DNA from: a virus
Taxonomy: Duplodnaviria; Heunggongvirae; Uroviricota; Caudoviricetes
DNA: 64,000 nt
IMG/VR virus record: IMGVR_UViG_3300028888_000043
Location: 137,756-201,755 of that record
Direction: 5' to 3' (one strand)
Below are positions 1-10,767 of the stretch, one piece after another (positions within the stretch are counted from its first letter, which is position 1; each line of letters begins with the position of its first letter). A program made the translations under genes and the position numbers. The notes below the pieces were generated by a model. The model did not search any database. It was not told the origin of the DNA and saw only the letters and a program-made list of their open reading frames with translations.

Positions 1-495
1 ATCAACTACATCCTTGATTTGAGGAATGTCAATTAAATCATAGACACCAGGTTCAAGACCATATCTTACAGCAGGTGTAACATCACCTACTCCTGTTGCT
101 GTAACCCCAACACCATGAAGTCTTCCATCATATTCATAAGACTGGTCATTTGCTGTAACAGTAAGGTCAGCGCCTGTGATTCTCCAAGTCTCCGACAATG
201 TTCCAGTGTAATTACCTATACCTGTTGCAATAACAGTTGCAGTACCCACATTGGTATTGTTCAAATATGACAATGTATAATCTTCTCCCTCTACAAGTTC
301 AACATCAACTCCATCAAAATTTGTAGTTACAACAGGTTTCGCCTCTATTGCCGAGCCGGTATATGTGGTGTTTTCAGGTTTAGAAATAGATCCAAGAGCA
401 ACAGCAGTGACTGTCAATTGCTTGGCATCACTCTCACTATCATAGGTAGATGTTATGTTCGTTGTACCTACTTTAATACCTTTTATTATACTCAT
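1..495 (-). CDS. Ig-like/MBG-type repeat fibre protein, partial (runs off the window start); N-terminus is the second half of a Big_2-like Ig domain
   Basis: Not in the ORF track. ATG at 495 gives MSIIKGIKVGTTNITSTYDSESDAKQLTVTA...TYTGSAIEAKPVV...EGEDYTLSYLNNTNVGTATVIATGIGNYTG, open to base 1. TATAAATA lies upstream at 516-523 (-). Confidence 0.8.
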   Translation of the reverse strand, partial: MSIIKGIKVGTTNITSTYDSESDAKQLTVTAVALGSISKPENTTYTGSAIEAKPVVTTNFDGVDVELVEGEDYTLSYLNNTNVGTATVIATGIGNYTGTLSETWRITGADLTVTANDQSYEYDGRLHGVGVTATGVGDVTPAVRYGLEPGVYDLIDIPQIKDVVD

Positions 496-523
496 TTTTG
501 TAACTTTATCTTAATTATTTATA

Positions 524-561
524 TTCATCTTCCACATCCTTGATTGGATGTGGAAGATGAA
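524..561. terminator. 16-bp perfect hairpin between fibre genes
   Basis: TTCATCTTCCACATCC-ttgatt-GGATGTGGAAGATGAA, just 3' of the 572 stop codon; no clear U-tract. Confidence 0.55.
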
Positions 562-571
562 ATATGTTTAA

Positions 572-3500
572 TTATTTTGTTATAGTAACAATTCCTGTTG
601 GATTAGTGCTATAAGATGTACCTGAATCAGATGTTACATCTATTGGTTGTCCATATTTAAATGTTGCTACAACTGTTGCAGTTGTTGTACCATTGTAACT
701 AATAGTTGAAGCACCAAGTGTTAATGAGATACCTGTAAGAACCTGTGCATCAACTACAACACTGATTGACTTGGTAGTAGTCGCCTGATTGTAATTAGTT
801 GTTGCCGGTGCAGTAGCAGTTACATTGATATTATATGTATTGGCAGCAGTACCACTTGGAACAGTAATCTTCTTACCATCTGATGAAATACTCCAACCAC
901 TCTTATCAATACTATAAGTTATGGTTACACCTGTATTTGTACTACTTGATGCAGATGCAGTTGCAATTGTAATTTCTCTATCACCCTGCATAGTTGAAGT
1001 TGCAGTAGGATTAGTTGTACAAGGTTCTGTCACACTGGTAACTGGTGAGTATGAAACTGTACCAGTACCCTTTGCAATTGTAAGTGTTGCAGATGCAGTA
1101 TATGCAGCATAGTTGTTAGTGGCTGCCACAGATGCAGTAACTGTAACTGTTCCAGCCTGTGTTGGAGTAACAACACCTGAACTGTTTACAGTTGCCTTAC
1201 CTGTTCCATTTGTAACACTCCATGTAATTGTTCCACTTTCTGTATTACCAGATACAGATGCTGTGACAGTATTAGGATATGCTATACTTGTAACAGTAGT
1301 TGAACCACTCTTGAAAGTAACAGCGCCAGAACGGGAAGCCTTGTTAATTGTAGCAGAGCCAACATATGTATATGTTCCTACTGTAGGCACATTATTATTC
1401 TCGTGGTTACTATCAGGTGAGAACTTATAATAGATATAATATGTACCCGCATTGGTTGCAGTCAATGGAGTAGTATTTGCACCACCCGCAGTAATCTGAC
1501 TATCTGCTGTTGCCTGGGAATCCTTTCTATAACCAAGATAATATGTACCAACACCCTCAAGTCCACTTGCAGTAGCAATGTTCTTGGCTGAACCATTGTA
1601 TGTCAAACTTGATCCAGGTGTAACAGTCATCCTTGCATCATCAGACTTGTAAACTGTAAGAGTTACTGTTGATGACCAACCAGTATTACTGTGGTTGGCA
1701 TCACCAACAACCATACACTGAACCGCAGTTGTACCTATGGCAGTTCTTGTAGGTGCAGTTGTTGTCTCTGTCCAACTTGTACCATTGTTGGCATCATATC
1801 TATATTTGAGTGTACCACCAGAATAACCTGTTGCAGTAAGGGTTGCAGTATTGTGATATTCCTTTGAGTCACCAGACCAGGTTGTAGGAAGTGTTGCAGA
1901 TGCCTGACCAATTGTTGCAGTAAGGGTATTCTTGGTGTTGATACCTGTACCTGAATTGTTATTAGTATCTTCAACAAGGCAATACCAGTAAATTGTGTAT
2001 GTACCAGCGGCTGACTTCTGTGTATAAGGTATTGTAGTACTCCAATTAGAATTTGACTTATCAAAGTTAATATTGGATGAACTGTAATACATCACACCAC
2101 CAGTAGTAGCAGAACCTGCTGTGAAGATGGTCTGATTGGAACCTGTGTATGTCCTGTCAGTCTTTGTAGGAGCTGTGATGGTCACTGTCCTCTTGGCAAT
2201 AGTCACTGTACCAATATACTTTGCATCAACAGCATTGTAGTTGGTAGCAGCATCTGCCTTCATCCACACATAGTATGTACCTGCATTGGTTGCAGAAAGT
2301 GCAGTGTTCTTTGAACCCCAAGATGTTGGAGCGGAAGTGGTAGAACTTCCAAGGCCAAAGTAGTAGTCACCTGAATTGGTTGACTTAGTAGCGATGGTCT
2401 GAGCTGCACCATTATATGTCCTGTTTGTTGTAGATGCTGTGGCATAACCAGTAGCCTTACTAATGGCAAATGTTACAGAATCTGCATAATCATTGTAATT
2501 GGTATCACCTGTAATCTTATAATAGATTGTTGTTGAAGCAGTGTAATCAGTTGCTGTCTTCAAAGCATATACTGTATTGACCGCACCATTACTTGTAACA
2601 GTTGTGCCATAAGAAGTACTTGTACCACTCACAATGGTCTTACCTGTCCATCCTGCACTTGTTACTTTTACAGAACTTGAATGTGAAGAACCATCATATG
2701 CTCCACTGTAATTTACTTCTGTTACAGCAAGATTTGCCTTATTGACAACCTTGGCTGTTGTGGATGCAACTGATGAATCAGAATAGTTGGTAGTATCAGA
2801 TGGTCTGAAGAATGCATAGATAGTCTTTGTTCCAACAGATGTCTGACCCATACTTGTCATATTGGCGGCAGTTGTAGCACCGGCAGCTACAGACATAGTA
2901 TAAGTTGTAGCACCGGAAGTAGCACCATAATAGATTGTACCAGCAGGGTTACCACTTACATTGGCAGCCTTGGCATAAACTGTACCTCCATCATAGGTTG
3001 TCTTTGAACCAGCGGTGAGTGCAGGTGCAGTTGTGGCCTTCTTACCGATAGTTGCTGTCAAAGCAGTTGCAGTATTGATACCAGTACCTGTATTATTAGC
3101 TGTGTCAGCAACATAGCAATACCAGTAGATTGTATAATCACCAGCATTGGTCTTCTTTGTATAAGGAAGTGATGTACTCCAGGATGATGTACTGAATGTT
3201 GTATTTGATGTGTTGTAATACATTGTACCACCTGTGGATGCAGAACCAGCAGCAAAGATAACTTGTTCAGAGCCACTGTATGTCCTGTCAGTCTTTGTTG
3301 GTGCTGTGATTGTAACTGTCCTCTTGGCAATGGTTACTGTACCAACATATTTGGCAGACACAGCAGCATAATTGGTTGAAGTATCTGCCTTCATCCAGAC
3401 ATAGTATGTACCTGCATTCATCTGACTCAAAGCAGTGTTCTTTGAACCCCAGGATGAAGGGGCTGATGTAGTTGAAGAACCAAGACCAAAGTAGTAGTCA

Positions 3501-6500
3501 CCTGAATTGGTGGCTGCTGTTGCAATAGTCTGGTTAGAACCATTATATGTTCTGTCTGTTGTAGATGCTGTTGCATAACCAGTAGCCTTATTAGTAATTT
3601 CTACCTTGGTTGTGGCATTACCAGAATCCTCATAGTTTGTGGTATCTGTTGGTCTGAAGAATACATAAATTGTTGTTGTACCAACATTTGCCCTACCCAT
3701 ACTTGACAAGTTAGCTGCTGTTGTAGCTCCGGCAGCAACACTCAAACTATAAGATGTAGAACCAGCAGATGTACCATAGTAGATTGTACCAGCAGGGTTA
3801 CCACTTGCATTGGCAGCCTTGGCATAATAGGTTGTACCTGTGTATGTTGAATTTCCGCCAGCTGTGAGTGTAGGAGAAGATGTACTCTTCTTTGCTATTG
3901 TAGCTTGGATAGACTTCTTTGTATTGATGTCAGTACCTGTATTATTGGCGGTATCAGCAACATAGCAATAGTAGTACAAGGTATATGTACCCGCATTAGT
4001 CTGTGAAGCATTAGGAATTGTAGTACTCCAAGTTGAAGTGCTGAATGAAGTATCTGATGCACTATAATACATTGTACCTCCAGTAGTTGCAGAACCAGCA
4101 GAGAAGATGGTCTGGGCAGAACCATTATATGTCTTGTTTGTCTTTGTAGGTGCTGTAATAGTAACAGTTCTCTTGGCAATGGTTACTGTATCAATGTACT
4201 TGGCAGATACAGCATTGTAATTGGTTGAAGCATCCGCTTTCATCCAAACATAGTATGTTCCTGCTGCTGTCTGACTCAAAGCAGTGTTCTTTGAACCCCA
4301 GGATGTCGGAGCAGAAGTAGCTGAACTTCCAAGACCAAAGTAATAGTCACCTGAATTGGTTGACTTGGTAGCAATGGTCTGGGCGGAACCATTATATGTC
4401 TTGTTGGATGTTGATGCTGTGGCATAACCTGTGGCCTTGTTGGTAACAGATGCTGTTGTGGAAGCAACTGATGAGTCAGAATAGTTAGCTGTATCTGTTG
4501 GTCTGAAGAATGCATAGATATTTGTTGTACCAACATCAGTCCTACCCATACTGGTCAAGTTAGTGGCAGTTGATGAAGCTGTTATACTATAAGTTGTAGC
4601 ACCAGAAGTAGCACCATAGTAGATTGTACCAGCAGGATTACCACTACCATTCTTTGCAGTTGCATATACAGGATTACCATCATAGGTTGTCTTTGTACCA
4701 GCTGTGAGTGTAGGAGCTGCTGTGGACTTCTTACTTATTGTTGCCTGGATTGACTTCTTTGTATTGATGTCAGTACCTGTATTATTGGCGGTATCGGCAA
4801 CATAACAATAGTAATACAATGTGTATGTTCCAGCATTTGTCTGCGAAGCATTAGGAATTGTGGTTGACCAAGTTGATGTACTGAATGTTGTATCTGATGC
4901 ACTGTAATACATTGTACCACCAGTAGTAGCAGAACCAGCAGAGAAGATTGTTTGTGCAGAACCACTATATGTCCTGTCAGTCTTTGTAGGTGCAGTGACA
5001 GTCACTGTTCTCTTGGCAATGGTTACAGTAGCAATATACTTGGCCGCCACAGCATTGTAGTTAGTTGAGGCATCTGCCTTCATCCACACATAGTATGTTC
5101 CTGCCGCTGTCTGACTCAAAGCAGTATTCTTTGTACCCCAAGATGTAGGTGCTGATGTGATTGAAGAACCAAGACCAAAGTAATAATCACCTGAATTGGT
5201 GGCCACTGTTGCAATGGTCTGTGCTGAACCATTATATGTCTTGTTGGCTGTTGATGCTGTTGCAAAACCAGTGGCCTTGTTGGTAACAGATGCAGTTGTT
5301 GAAGCAACAGATGAATCAGCATAGTTGGTTGTATCTGTTGGTCTGAAGAATGCATAGATATTTGTTGTACCAACATCAGTCCTACCCATACTTGACATAT
5401 TGGCCGCTGTTGATGAAGCAGTCATACTATAAGTTGTAGCACCGGAAGTAGCACCATAGTAGATTGTACCAGCAGGGTTACCACTACCAGTAGCAGCCTT
5501 TGCATAGACAGCAGTACCATCATATGTTGCCTTTGTACCAGCAGTAAGTGATGGTGCTGTTGTAGCCTTCTTACTTATTGTTGCCTGAACAGACTTAATC
5601 GTATTGATGTTTGAACCAGTATTGTTGGTTGTGTCTGATACATATGCATAGTAATACAATGTATATGTTCCAGCTGTTGTCTGCTGTGGAGTTGGAATGG
5701 TAGTTGACCAGGTTGATGTACTGAATGTCTTGTTTGTGTCACTGAAATACATTGTACCACCAGTAGTACAAGAACCACCTGAGAAGATAGTCTGTGCAGA
5801 ACCAGTATATGTCCTGTTGGTTGCAGTTGGAGCAGTGACTGTAACTGTTCTCTGGGCAATTGCCTTTGTTCCACTCAATGCCTTTACTGTATTGATATTG
5901 GATCCAGTATTGTTACTTGTGTCAGCAACATAGCAATAATACCATACATAGTATGTTCCCTTACCTGTTGCTGTTGGATTACTTGTTGTCCAACCAGATC
6001 CAGGTGCAGAACCTGCTGTGACAGTAGGTGCTGTACTTGATGTAGAAATATAATAATACATCGTACCACCAGTAGTACAAGAACCTCCAGATGCAACAGT
6101 TTGAGCAGAACCATTATAAGTTAATGCACTTGATACATATGATGGTGCAGTAACTGTAACAGTCCTTTGAGCAATCTGCTTACCGGTACTGTTACCAATC
6201 TTTGGATTTACAGCAGTATAGTTTGTTCCTGCTGTTGCTTTGAGATGGACATAATATGTACCAGCATTAGTATATGTAATTTCTTTATTACTTGGTACGG
6301 CTGTCCATCCAGTAGCATTTGCGGCTGGAACAGTACTACTTGTAGATACTATATAATATGCCGTTCCATCACCATTATAAGAAACAGTACCCAACTTCTT
6401 AGCACTACCATCATATGTCAATGATGCAGAATTGACAGTAAATGTCAATGACGGAGCAATAGCACTGACAGTTATATTGGCAGTTGCGGTTTTACCACCA

Positions 6501-6553
6501 TATGAAGCGGTAATGGTTGTTGAACCGGCTTTTATACCTGTTATTGTAGCCAT
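572..6553 (-). CDS. giant Thr/Ser/Ala/Gly-rich Ig-like repeat fibre protein (1993 aa)
   Basis: Tandem ~90-aa beta-sandwich units (TYNGSAQT...AGTYYV), one intact Big_2-like domain (TITWSVTNGTGKATVNSSGVVTPTQAGTVTVTAS), and half-Ig segments at both termini. CATAAATA upstream. Confidence 0.85.
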   Translation of the reverse strand: MATITGIKAGSTTITASYGGKTATANITVSAIAPSLTFTVNSASLTYDGSAKKLGTVSYNGDGTAYYIVSTSSTVPAANATGWTAVPSNKEITYTNAGTYYVHLKATAGTNYTAVNPKIGNSTGKQIAQRTVTVTAPSYVSSALTYNGSAQTVASGGSCTTGGTMYYYISTSSTAPTVTAGSAPGSGWTTSNPTATGKGTYYVWYYCYVADTSNNTGSNINTVKALSGTKAIAQRTVTVTAPTATNRTYTGSAQTIFSGGSCTTGGTMYFSDTNKTFSTSTWSTTIPTPQQTTAGTYTLYYYAYVSDTTNNTGSNINTIKSVQATISKKATTAPSLTAGTKATYDGTAVYAKAATGSGNPAGTIYYGATSGATTYSMTASSTAANMSSMGRTDVGTTNIYAFFRPTDTTNYADSSVASTTASVTNKATGFATASTANKTYNGSAQTIATVATNSGDYYFGLGSSITSAPTSWGTKNTALSQTAAGTYYVWMKADASTNYNAVAAKYIATVTIAKRTVTVTAPTKTDRTYSGSAQTIFSAGSATTGGTMYYSASDTTFSTSTWSTTIPNASQTNAGTYTLYYYCYVADTANNTGTDINTKKSIQATISKKSTAAPTLTAGTKTTYDGNPVYATAKNGSGNPAGTIYYGATSGATTYSITASSTATNLTSMGRTDVGTTNIYAFFRPTDTANYSDSSVASTTASVTNKATGYATASTSNKTYNGSAQTIATKSTNSGDYYFGLGSSATSAPTSWGSKNTALSQTAAGTYYVWMKADASTNYNAVSAKYIDTVTIAKRTVTITAPTKTNKTYNGSAQTIFSAGSATTGGTMYYSASDTSFSTSTWSTTIPNASQTNAGTYTLYYYCYVADTANNTGTDINTKKSIQATIAKKSTSSPTLTAGGNSTYTGTTYYAKAANASGNPAGTIYYGTSAGSTSYSLSVAAGATTAANLSSMGRANVGTTTIYVFFRPTDTTNYEDSGNATTKVEITNKATGYATASTTDRTYNGSNQTIATAATNSGDYYFGLGSSTTSAPSSWGSKNTALSQMNAGTYYVWMKADTSTNYAAVSAKYVGTVTIAKRTVTITAPTKTDRTYSGSEQVIFAAGSASTGGTMYYNTSNTTFSTSSWSTSLPYTKKTNAGDYTIYWYCYVADTANNTGTGINTATALTATIGKKATTAPALTAGSKTTYDGGTVYAKAANVSGNPAGTIYYGATSGATTYTMSVAAGATTAANMTSMGQTSVGTKTIYAFFRPSDTTNYSDSSVASTTAKVVNKANLAVTEVNYSGAYDGSSHSSSVKVTSAGWTGKTIVSGTSTSYGTTVTSNGAVNTVYALKTATDYTASTTIYYKITGDTNYNDYADSVTFAISKATGYATASTTNRTYNGAAQTIATKSTNSGDYYFGLGSSTTSAPTSWGSKNTALSATNAGTYYVWMKADAATNYNAVDAKYIGTVTIAKRTVTITAPTKTDRTYTGSNQTIFTAGSATTGGVMYYSSSNINFDKSNSNWSTTIPYTQKSAAGTYTIYWYCLVEDTNNNSGTGINTKNTLTATIGQASATLPTTWSGDSKEYHNTATLTATGYSGGTLKYRYDANNGTSWTETTTAPTRTAIGTTAVQCMVVGDANHSNTGWSSTVTLTVYKSDDARMTVTPGSSLTYNGSAKNIATASGLEGVGTYYLGYRKDSQATADSQITAGGANTTPLTATNAGTYYIYYKFSPDSNHENNNVPTVGTYTYVGSATINKASRSGAVTFKSGSTTVTSIAYPNTVTASVSGNTESGTITWSVTNGTGKATVNSSGVVTPTQAGTVTVTASVAATNNYAAYTASATLTIAKGTGTVSYSPVTSVTEPCTTNPTATSTMQGDREITIATASASSSTNTGVTITYSIDKSGWSISSDGKKITVPSGTAANTYNINVTATAPATTNYNQATTTKSISVVVDAQVLTGISLTLGASTISYNGTTTATVVATFKYGQPIDVTSDSGTSYSTNPTGIVTITK
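2000..5870 (-). repeat. intragenic tandem repeat, ~840-bp (280-aa, three-domain A-B-C) period
   Basis: Near-identical DNA blocks. Shadow ORFs 4276..4536 and 5116..5376 are offset by exactly 840 nt. NSGDYYFGLGSS and NPAGTIYYG each recur four times. Boundaries are approximate. Confidence 0.9.
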
Positions 6554-6589
6554 ATATTTTTGTTATTTTTATATTTTATGTCTTTATGT

Positions 6590-6597
6590 TATTTATG
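6590..6597 (-). promoter_or_regulatory. T4-like late promoter CATAAATA (representative of ~17 copies, see findings)
   Basis: TATTTATG on the + strand upstream of the 6553 start; resembles the T4 gp55 consensus TATAAATA. Confidence 0.75.
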
Positions 6598-6630
6598 GAT
6601 AATTTCTTTAATCCACATTATTAAAATTCT

Positions 6631-9600
6631 TTATTTTGTAACTGTAACAACTCCTGTTGGACTGGTTGAATAAGTAGTACCAGAATTACCTGATACATCA
6701 AGAGTTGACCCAGATGTATATGTGGCAGTTGCAGTACAAGTAGTTGTTCCATTATAATTGATTGTATTTGAACCAACCGCCAGGGCCAGAGCAGTGACTG
6801 CATTGGCAGCCTGCTTGCAAGAAGTACAAGTATAAGCAGTAGAAGACTTACCATTCAATGTAACAGTTACAGTCAGATTACTCTTGGCATCCCTGGCATC
6901 TCCTACCGTTGTAGTTCTACTTGCCCAGGTGGTACTTCCAGATGTGGAATAGTTGGATGCCACACTGAACCCGGATGGCAATGTACCTGTGGTGGCATAT
7001 GCAAGTGTTCCACCTGATGTGACAGTCCCGCCTGTTCCTGAAACACCATTCCAGGTATAAGTCTGACTATATGTCACAGTTGGAGACTTGGTAGCACCAC
7101 CAGCAGCAAAGTCAGCATAACTGAATCCTGTGATGGATGGATTAGCATAAACCATCGCGCCGGCAGACTGGGAACAGGCAGTACAAGTGTAAGCACTTGA
7201 TGTGAGTCCACCAACAGTAACTGTCACTTTGAGATTACTCTTTGCATCCCTTGTTGATGTAGATATGTTATTTGCCCAAGTAACACTACCTGTTGTAGAA
7301 AAATTACTACCTACACTGAATCCCGATGGTAATGTACCAGTTGTTGAGTAAGCAAGTGTACCACCTGTATTAGATGTCCTGGTTCCTGAACCAGCAACAC
7401 CATTCCAGGCATAATCCTGATAATATGTTACAGTAGGTGTCTTGGTTGCACCACTGGCTGCAAATGTGTCATATGTGAATCCAGATATGACAGGATTCAA
7501 ATATGCCTGAGATCCAGCAGACTGATTGAATGTTACTGTAAAATTCTTTACAATATTTGCATTACCTGTACATTTCAACAATACCTTGAATCCATTTCTG
7601 GCAGAGGTTGATTCATTGTTTGTAACGGTTACAACATGTGTAGATGTGTCAAGTGAATAACCAGTCTTTGCAGTTGAAACACTATATACAACACTGTTCG
7701 ACAAATCTACTGTTTGAGCAACATAACCAGATGTATATTCTTGTTTCTGTGTCACAGCTGCAACTATTGTATATGTCTGTCCAGCAGCTGCCAAAGATAT
7801 GGTTTTTGATGTTCCTGTTCCAGGTTGAGTATAAACTGGATTTTTCCAAGACAAACTGTTTGTAGTTACATCTTGTGCAGTTGCAGTCTTTGATGTAGAA
7901 TTAATATTATATGCAGTAACAACAACAGTATCTGTGGTGGCATTATTGGTCATACTATCATGATATACGTCAGTTCCACTATTATAAACAGTTCCTACAC
8001 CACTCAATGATACTCCACCACTACTCGGATGTGAAAATCTATTGTTTCCATTACTTGTTATCTTCCATCTGGCAGTTCCAGCAGCAGATGAATCTGATGA
8101 TGTTGAAGCACCGGAAGTATAAGTTGTTGTAGTTGTCACCGTATTTGTTACAGTACAAGTAACTGTTGCATGACCACCAGATGCCCATATACCTGAACCA
8201 ATTTCAACAGTAGGTGTACCATATGAAGTTGATGTACTTGTTGATGAAGTGTTTGAAATAGATTCAGTATCTGTTGCAGTTTTTGATGAATCACCATCAT
8301 TAACAGCAGTAACCTTCACATAATCTGTACCGGCATTTGTACCCATTGTAGAATGAGACAATGTATTACTTGACTTACTGAATCTTGTAATGGTTGATGC
8401 ACTACCACCAGATGGTGTAAATGTCTGTGTGGTGATAGACCAACTTACTGAACCGGCAGTAGAACTTGACTGCTGGGAACTATATGTACCATTTGTATAT
8501 TTCCAATACCAAGTTGTTGTAGTATTAGGTACAGAACATGAAACAGTTGCAGAACCTCCGCCGGCAGTCAAACCACTACCAATTGAAACCGTTGGAGTTC
8601 CATATGTTACATTTGTTCCCGTTGTTCCGGAAGTATTCTTGTACTTTGTTGGATTTGAATTGTTTGGATACTTAGTTACAGCAACAATGGTAACTGTTAT
8701 CTGATTGTCTGAAGATATTCCTGTATTATGTGTTGAGTTGGAAGCACTTATTGTGCCACTAACCTCAAGTTCATATGTACCTGCTGATAAACCATTTGGT
8801 ATTGTTAATTTTTTACCATCAGATGAAACAGTCCAATTCTTATTATTTTCTGAATATGTAATTGTCAATCCAGATGATGTTGATCCACCAGAACTTATTG
8901 TAATCTGCTGACTTCCTTCTGTGGTACTCGCTTCATGGTTTGATGTAGTACAATATACAGTATATGAAGAACTTGTTGTAGAATAATTAACTATTGGTTC
9001 CCATCTTGCATATATTGTCATTGAACTTGTAGGTGCAGACCTAACACTTGAACCAGAGGCATTCAAATATTTAGTACCTCCAGAATAATTTGAAGTGTCC
9101 CAGAATCCAAGTAATTGAAATCCAGTTCTTGATGGTACAGATGAAATAGACCAAGAAGATGCACCCGGGGCAACAGATTTTGAAGATGTACCACCACTAC
9201 CACCATTTCCATTAATAGTTACTGTTATATTTGAGGGTGCGGACATTTGTGCTGTTGCACTCAATGTACTTGAATTATTATATGAGTTTGTATTAGAAGG
9301 TACAAAATATGCATATATTGTTTTAGATCCAACAGATGTTTGAGATGTTACATTTACCCATGTGTTAGCAGAACTAACAGTAACACTGTTTGTCATCGAT
9401 GAAGATGATGTTCCCCATTTGATTGTACCAGTAGTAGCAGCACGACCCTTGATATAAGCGGTCGTTGGTGATGTGGTTGTCTCACCAGTCAATTCAAATC
9501 CAGGATCATCTTTAAGGAATTCTCCTCTACTTACAACGACTTCACCTTCAGAATATCCAGAAGGTCCAGTAGTTAAACCACTACTATCTGTTCTAAAATA

Positions 9601-10344
9601 TATATATAGTGTTGTACTGCTTGTTACATCAATTGTTTTACTATCAGAAAAATTTGTACCAGAACCAGAAATCACATGACCAGCCCAAGCAGACATATTG
9701 TCAATTCTTGAACCACTTGAATAAGATTGTGTAAAAATGGCAATACCATCATAGTTGGCTTCGGATGTACCACTAATTGAAATTGAATAACGATAACCTG
9801 TATTTAAACCATATGTCACACATGTCCAGAGATTTGCTTGATCAACAGTTATGGTATAATATTTTGTAAATCCTGCTGTGGTTGTTTTCCAAGAATTGGT
9901 AGCAGGAACATGACCATATGTAGTTGGACCGCTAAACAGATATCCACTTACTTCATAGACATCGGATGCATAATATGTACCACCATTACCAATTATCTTT
10001 AGAGGGGTTGATACCGCATCTTCCCATACATTTGTCACATCTGAATAATTTGATGGTGATGATACATGTGCAGAAGATGAAGAATCTTGTAACCAACAAG
10101 ATGTTATGTTTGATGTTGTAATTCCAGCACCGGTCGTAAGCCACACGGCATACAAAGGATAATAGGTTTGTGTGGATCCTGTTCCTTGATATGCATATCC
10201 AACAAAGCCTATTGCCTGTGCGCTTGAAAATGATGAATGGTCAATCCATCTTGGACGAGAATTTGGCAAGGTTGATTCACCAGACAAACTACTATAATCA
10301 CCAAATGTATATTCAGTAGGTATCGCAACATATAAATTTGCCAT
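6631..10344 (-). CDS. Ig-like/Listeria-Bacteroides-repeat fibre or receptor-binding protein (1237 aa)
   Basis: Unique N-terminus, SEANYDGI beta-domain, InlB-B/Flg_new-like repeat (VPSRTGFQLLGFWD...IYARW), C-terminal half-Ig. CATAAATA at 10380-10387. Confidence 0.8.
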   Translation of the reverse strand: MANLYVAIPTEYTFGDYSSLSGESTLPNSRPRWIDHSSFSSAQAIGFVGYAYQGTGSTQTYYPLYAVWLTTGAGITTSNITSCWLQDSSSSAHVSSPSNYSDVTNVWEDAVSTPLKIIGNGGTYYASDVYEVSGYLFSGPTTYGHVPATNSWKTTTAGFTKYYTITVDQANLWTCVTYGLNTGYRYSISISGTSEANYDGIAIFTQSYSSGSRIDNMSAWAGHVISGSGTNFSDSKTIDVTSSTTLYIYFRTDSSGLTTGPSGYSEGEVVVSRGEFLKDDPGFELTGETTTSPTTAYIKGRAATTGTIKWGTSSSSMTNSVTVSSANTWVNVTSQTSVGSKTIYAYFVPSNTNSYNNSSTLSATAQMSAPSNITVTINGNGGSGGTSSKSVAPGASSWSISSVPSRTGFQLLGFWDTSNYSGGTKYLNASGSSVRSAPTSSMTIYARWEPIVNYSTTSSSYTVYCTTSNHEASTTEGSQQITISSGGSTSSGLTITYSENNKNWTVSSDGKKLTIPNGLSAGTYELEVSGTISASNSTHNTGISSDNQITVTIVAVTKYPNNSNPTKYKNTSGTTGTNVTYGTPTVSIGSGLTAGGGSATVSCSVPNTTTTWYWKYTNGTYSSQQSSSTAGSVSWSITTQTFTPSGGSASTITRFSKSSNTLSHSTMGTNAGTDYVKVTAVNDGDSSKTATDTESISNTSSTSTSTSYGTPTVEIGSGIWASGGHATVTCTVTNTVTTTTTYTSGASTSSDSSAAGTARWKITSNGNNRFSHPSSGGVSLSGVGTVYNSGTDVYHDSMTNNATTDTVVVTAYNINSTSKTATAQDVTTNSLSWKNPVYTQPGTGTSKTISLAAAGQTYTIVAAVTQKQEYTSGYVAQTVDLSNSVVYSVSTAKTGYSLDTSTHVVTVTNNESTSARNGFKVLLKCTGNANIVKNFTVTFNQSAGSQAYLNPVISGFTYDTFAASGATKTPTVTYYQDYAWNGVAGSGTRTSNTGGTLAYSTTGTLPSGFSVGSNFSTTGSVTWANNISTSTRDAKSNLKVTVTVGGLTSSAYTCTACSQSAGAMVYANPSITGFSYADFAAGGATKSPTVTYSQTYTWNGVSGTGGTVTSGGTLAYATTGTLPSGFSVASNYSTSGSTTWASRTTTVGDARDAKSNLTVTVTLNGKSSTAYTCTSCKQAANAVTALALAVGSNTINYNGTTTCTATATYTSGSTLDVSGNSGTTYSTSPTGVVTVTK

Positions 10345-10545
10345 TATAAACTATTATTTATTTTCATTCATATATAAATTATTTATGCCCTACATCCATT
10401 TCAAGATGTATTTTTGATATAAATTTGTAATGATTTAATAGATACAGACATATGCAACAGAACTTGGCCTTATATAAGACCAAGTTCTCTCCTGCTAAAA
10501 TATTAATATCATTGGCTACAGACTCTTCTGAAACAATAAATTGAT

Positions 10546-10767
10546 TTAAATATTACTGAGTCTTGACTCTACATTACCGATAATGTCATATACACATTTT
10601 GCTGATGGATAATGCTGGTCATCAGATTGTGCATTGATTGTTGTGACAAGTCCATCCGCTGACTGCAACTCACTCACTGCCTTTCCTCCAACCGTAACCG
10701 CATCAATAGGATGATTCTGACCATCACCCAAGTTGATATAAGAAATGGTTTCAATCTCGTTTGCCAT
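10546..10767 (-). CDS. small late protein with YPSAKCVYD tail-fibre-type motif
   Basis: 73-aa ORF with its own CATAAATA (10800-10807). Confidence 0.65.
   Translation of the reverse strand: MANEIETISYINLGDGQNHPIDAVTVGGKAVSELQSADGLVTTINAQSDDQHYPSAKCVYDIIGNVESRLSNI

Noticed and set aside
2000-5870. CRISPR array or DGR template/variable repeat
   Set aside because: The repeats are long, in-frame and coding, with no spacer structure. No reverse transcriptase or cas gene is in the window, and no adenine-specific mismatch pattern was evident by eye.
6560-6571. TTGTTATTTTTA on the + strand between fibre genes (possible antisense promoter)
   Set aside because: It has no gene to drive and is simply the reverse complement of the A-rich leader of the 6553 gene, so it is likely coincidental.
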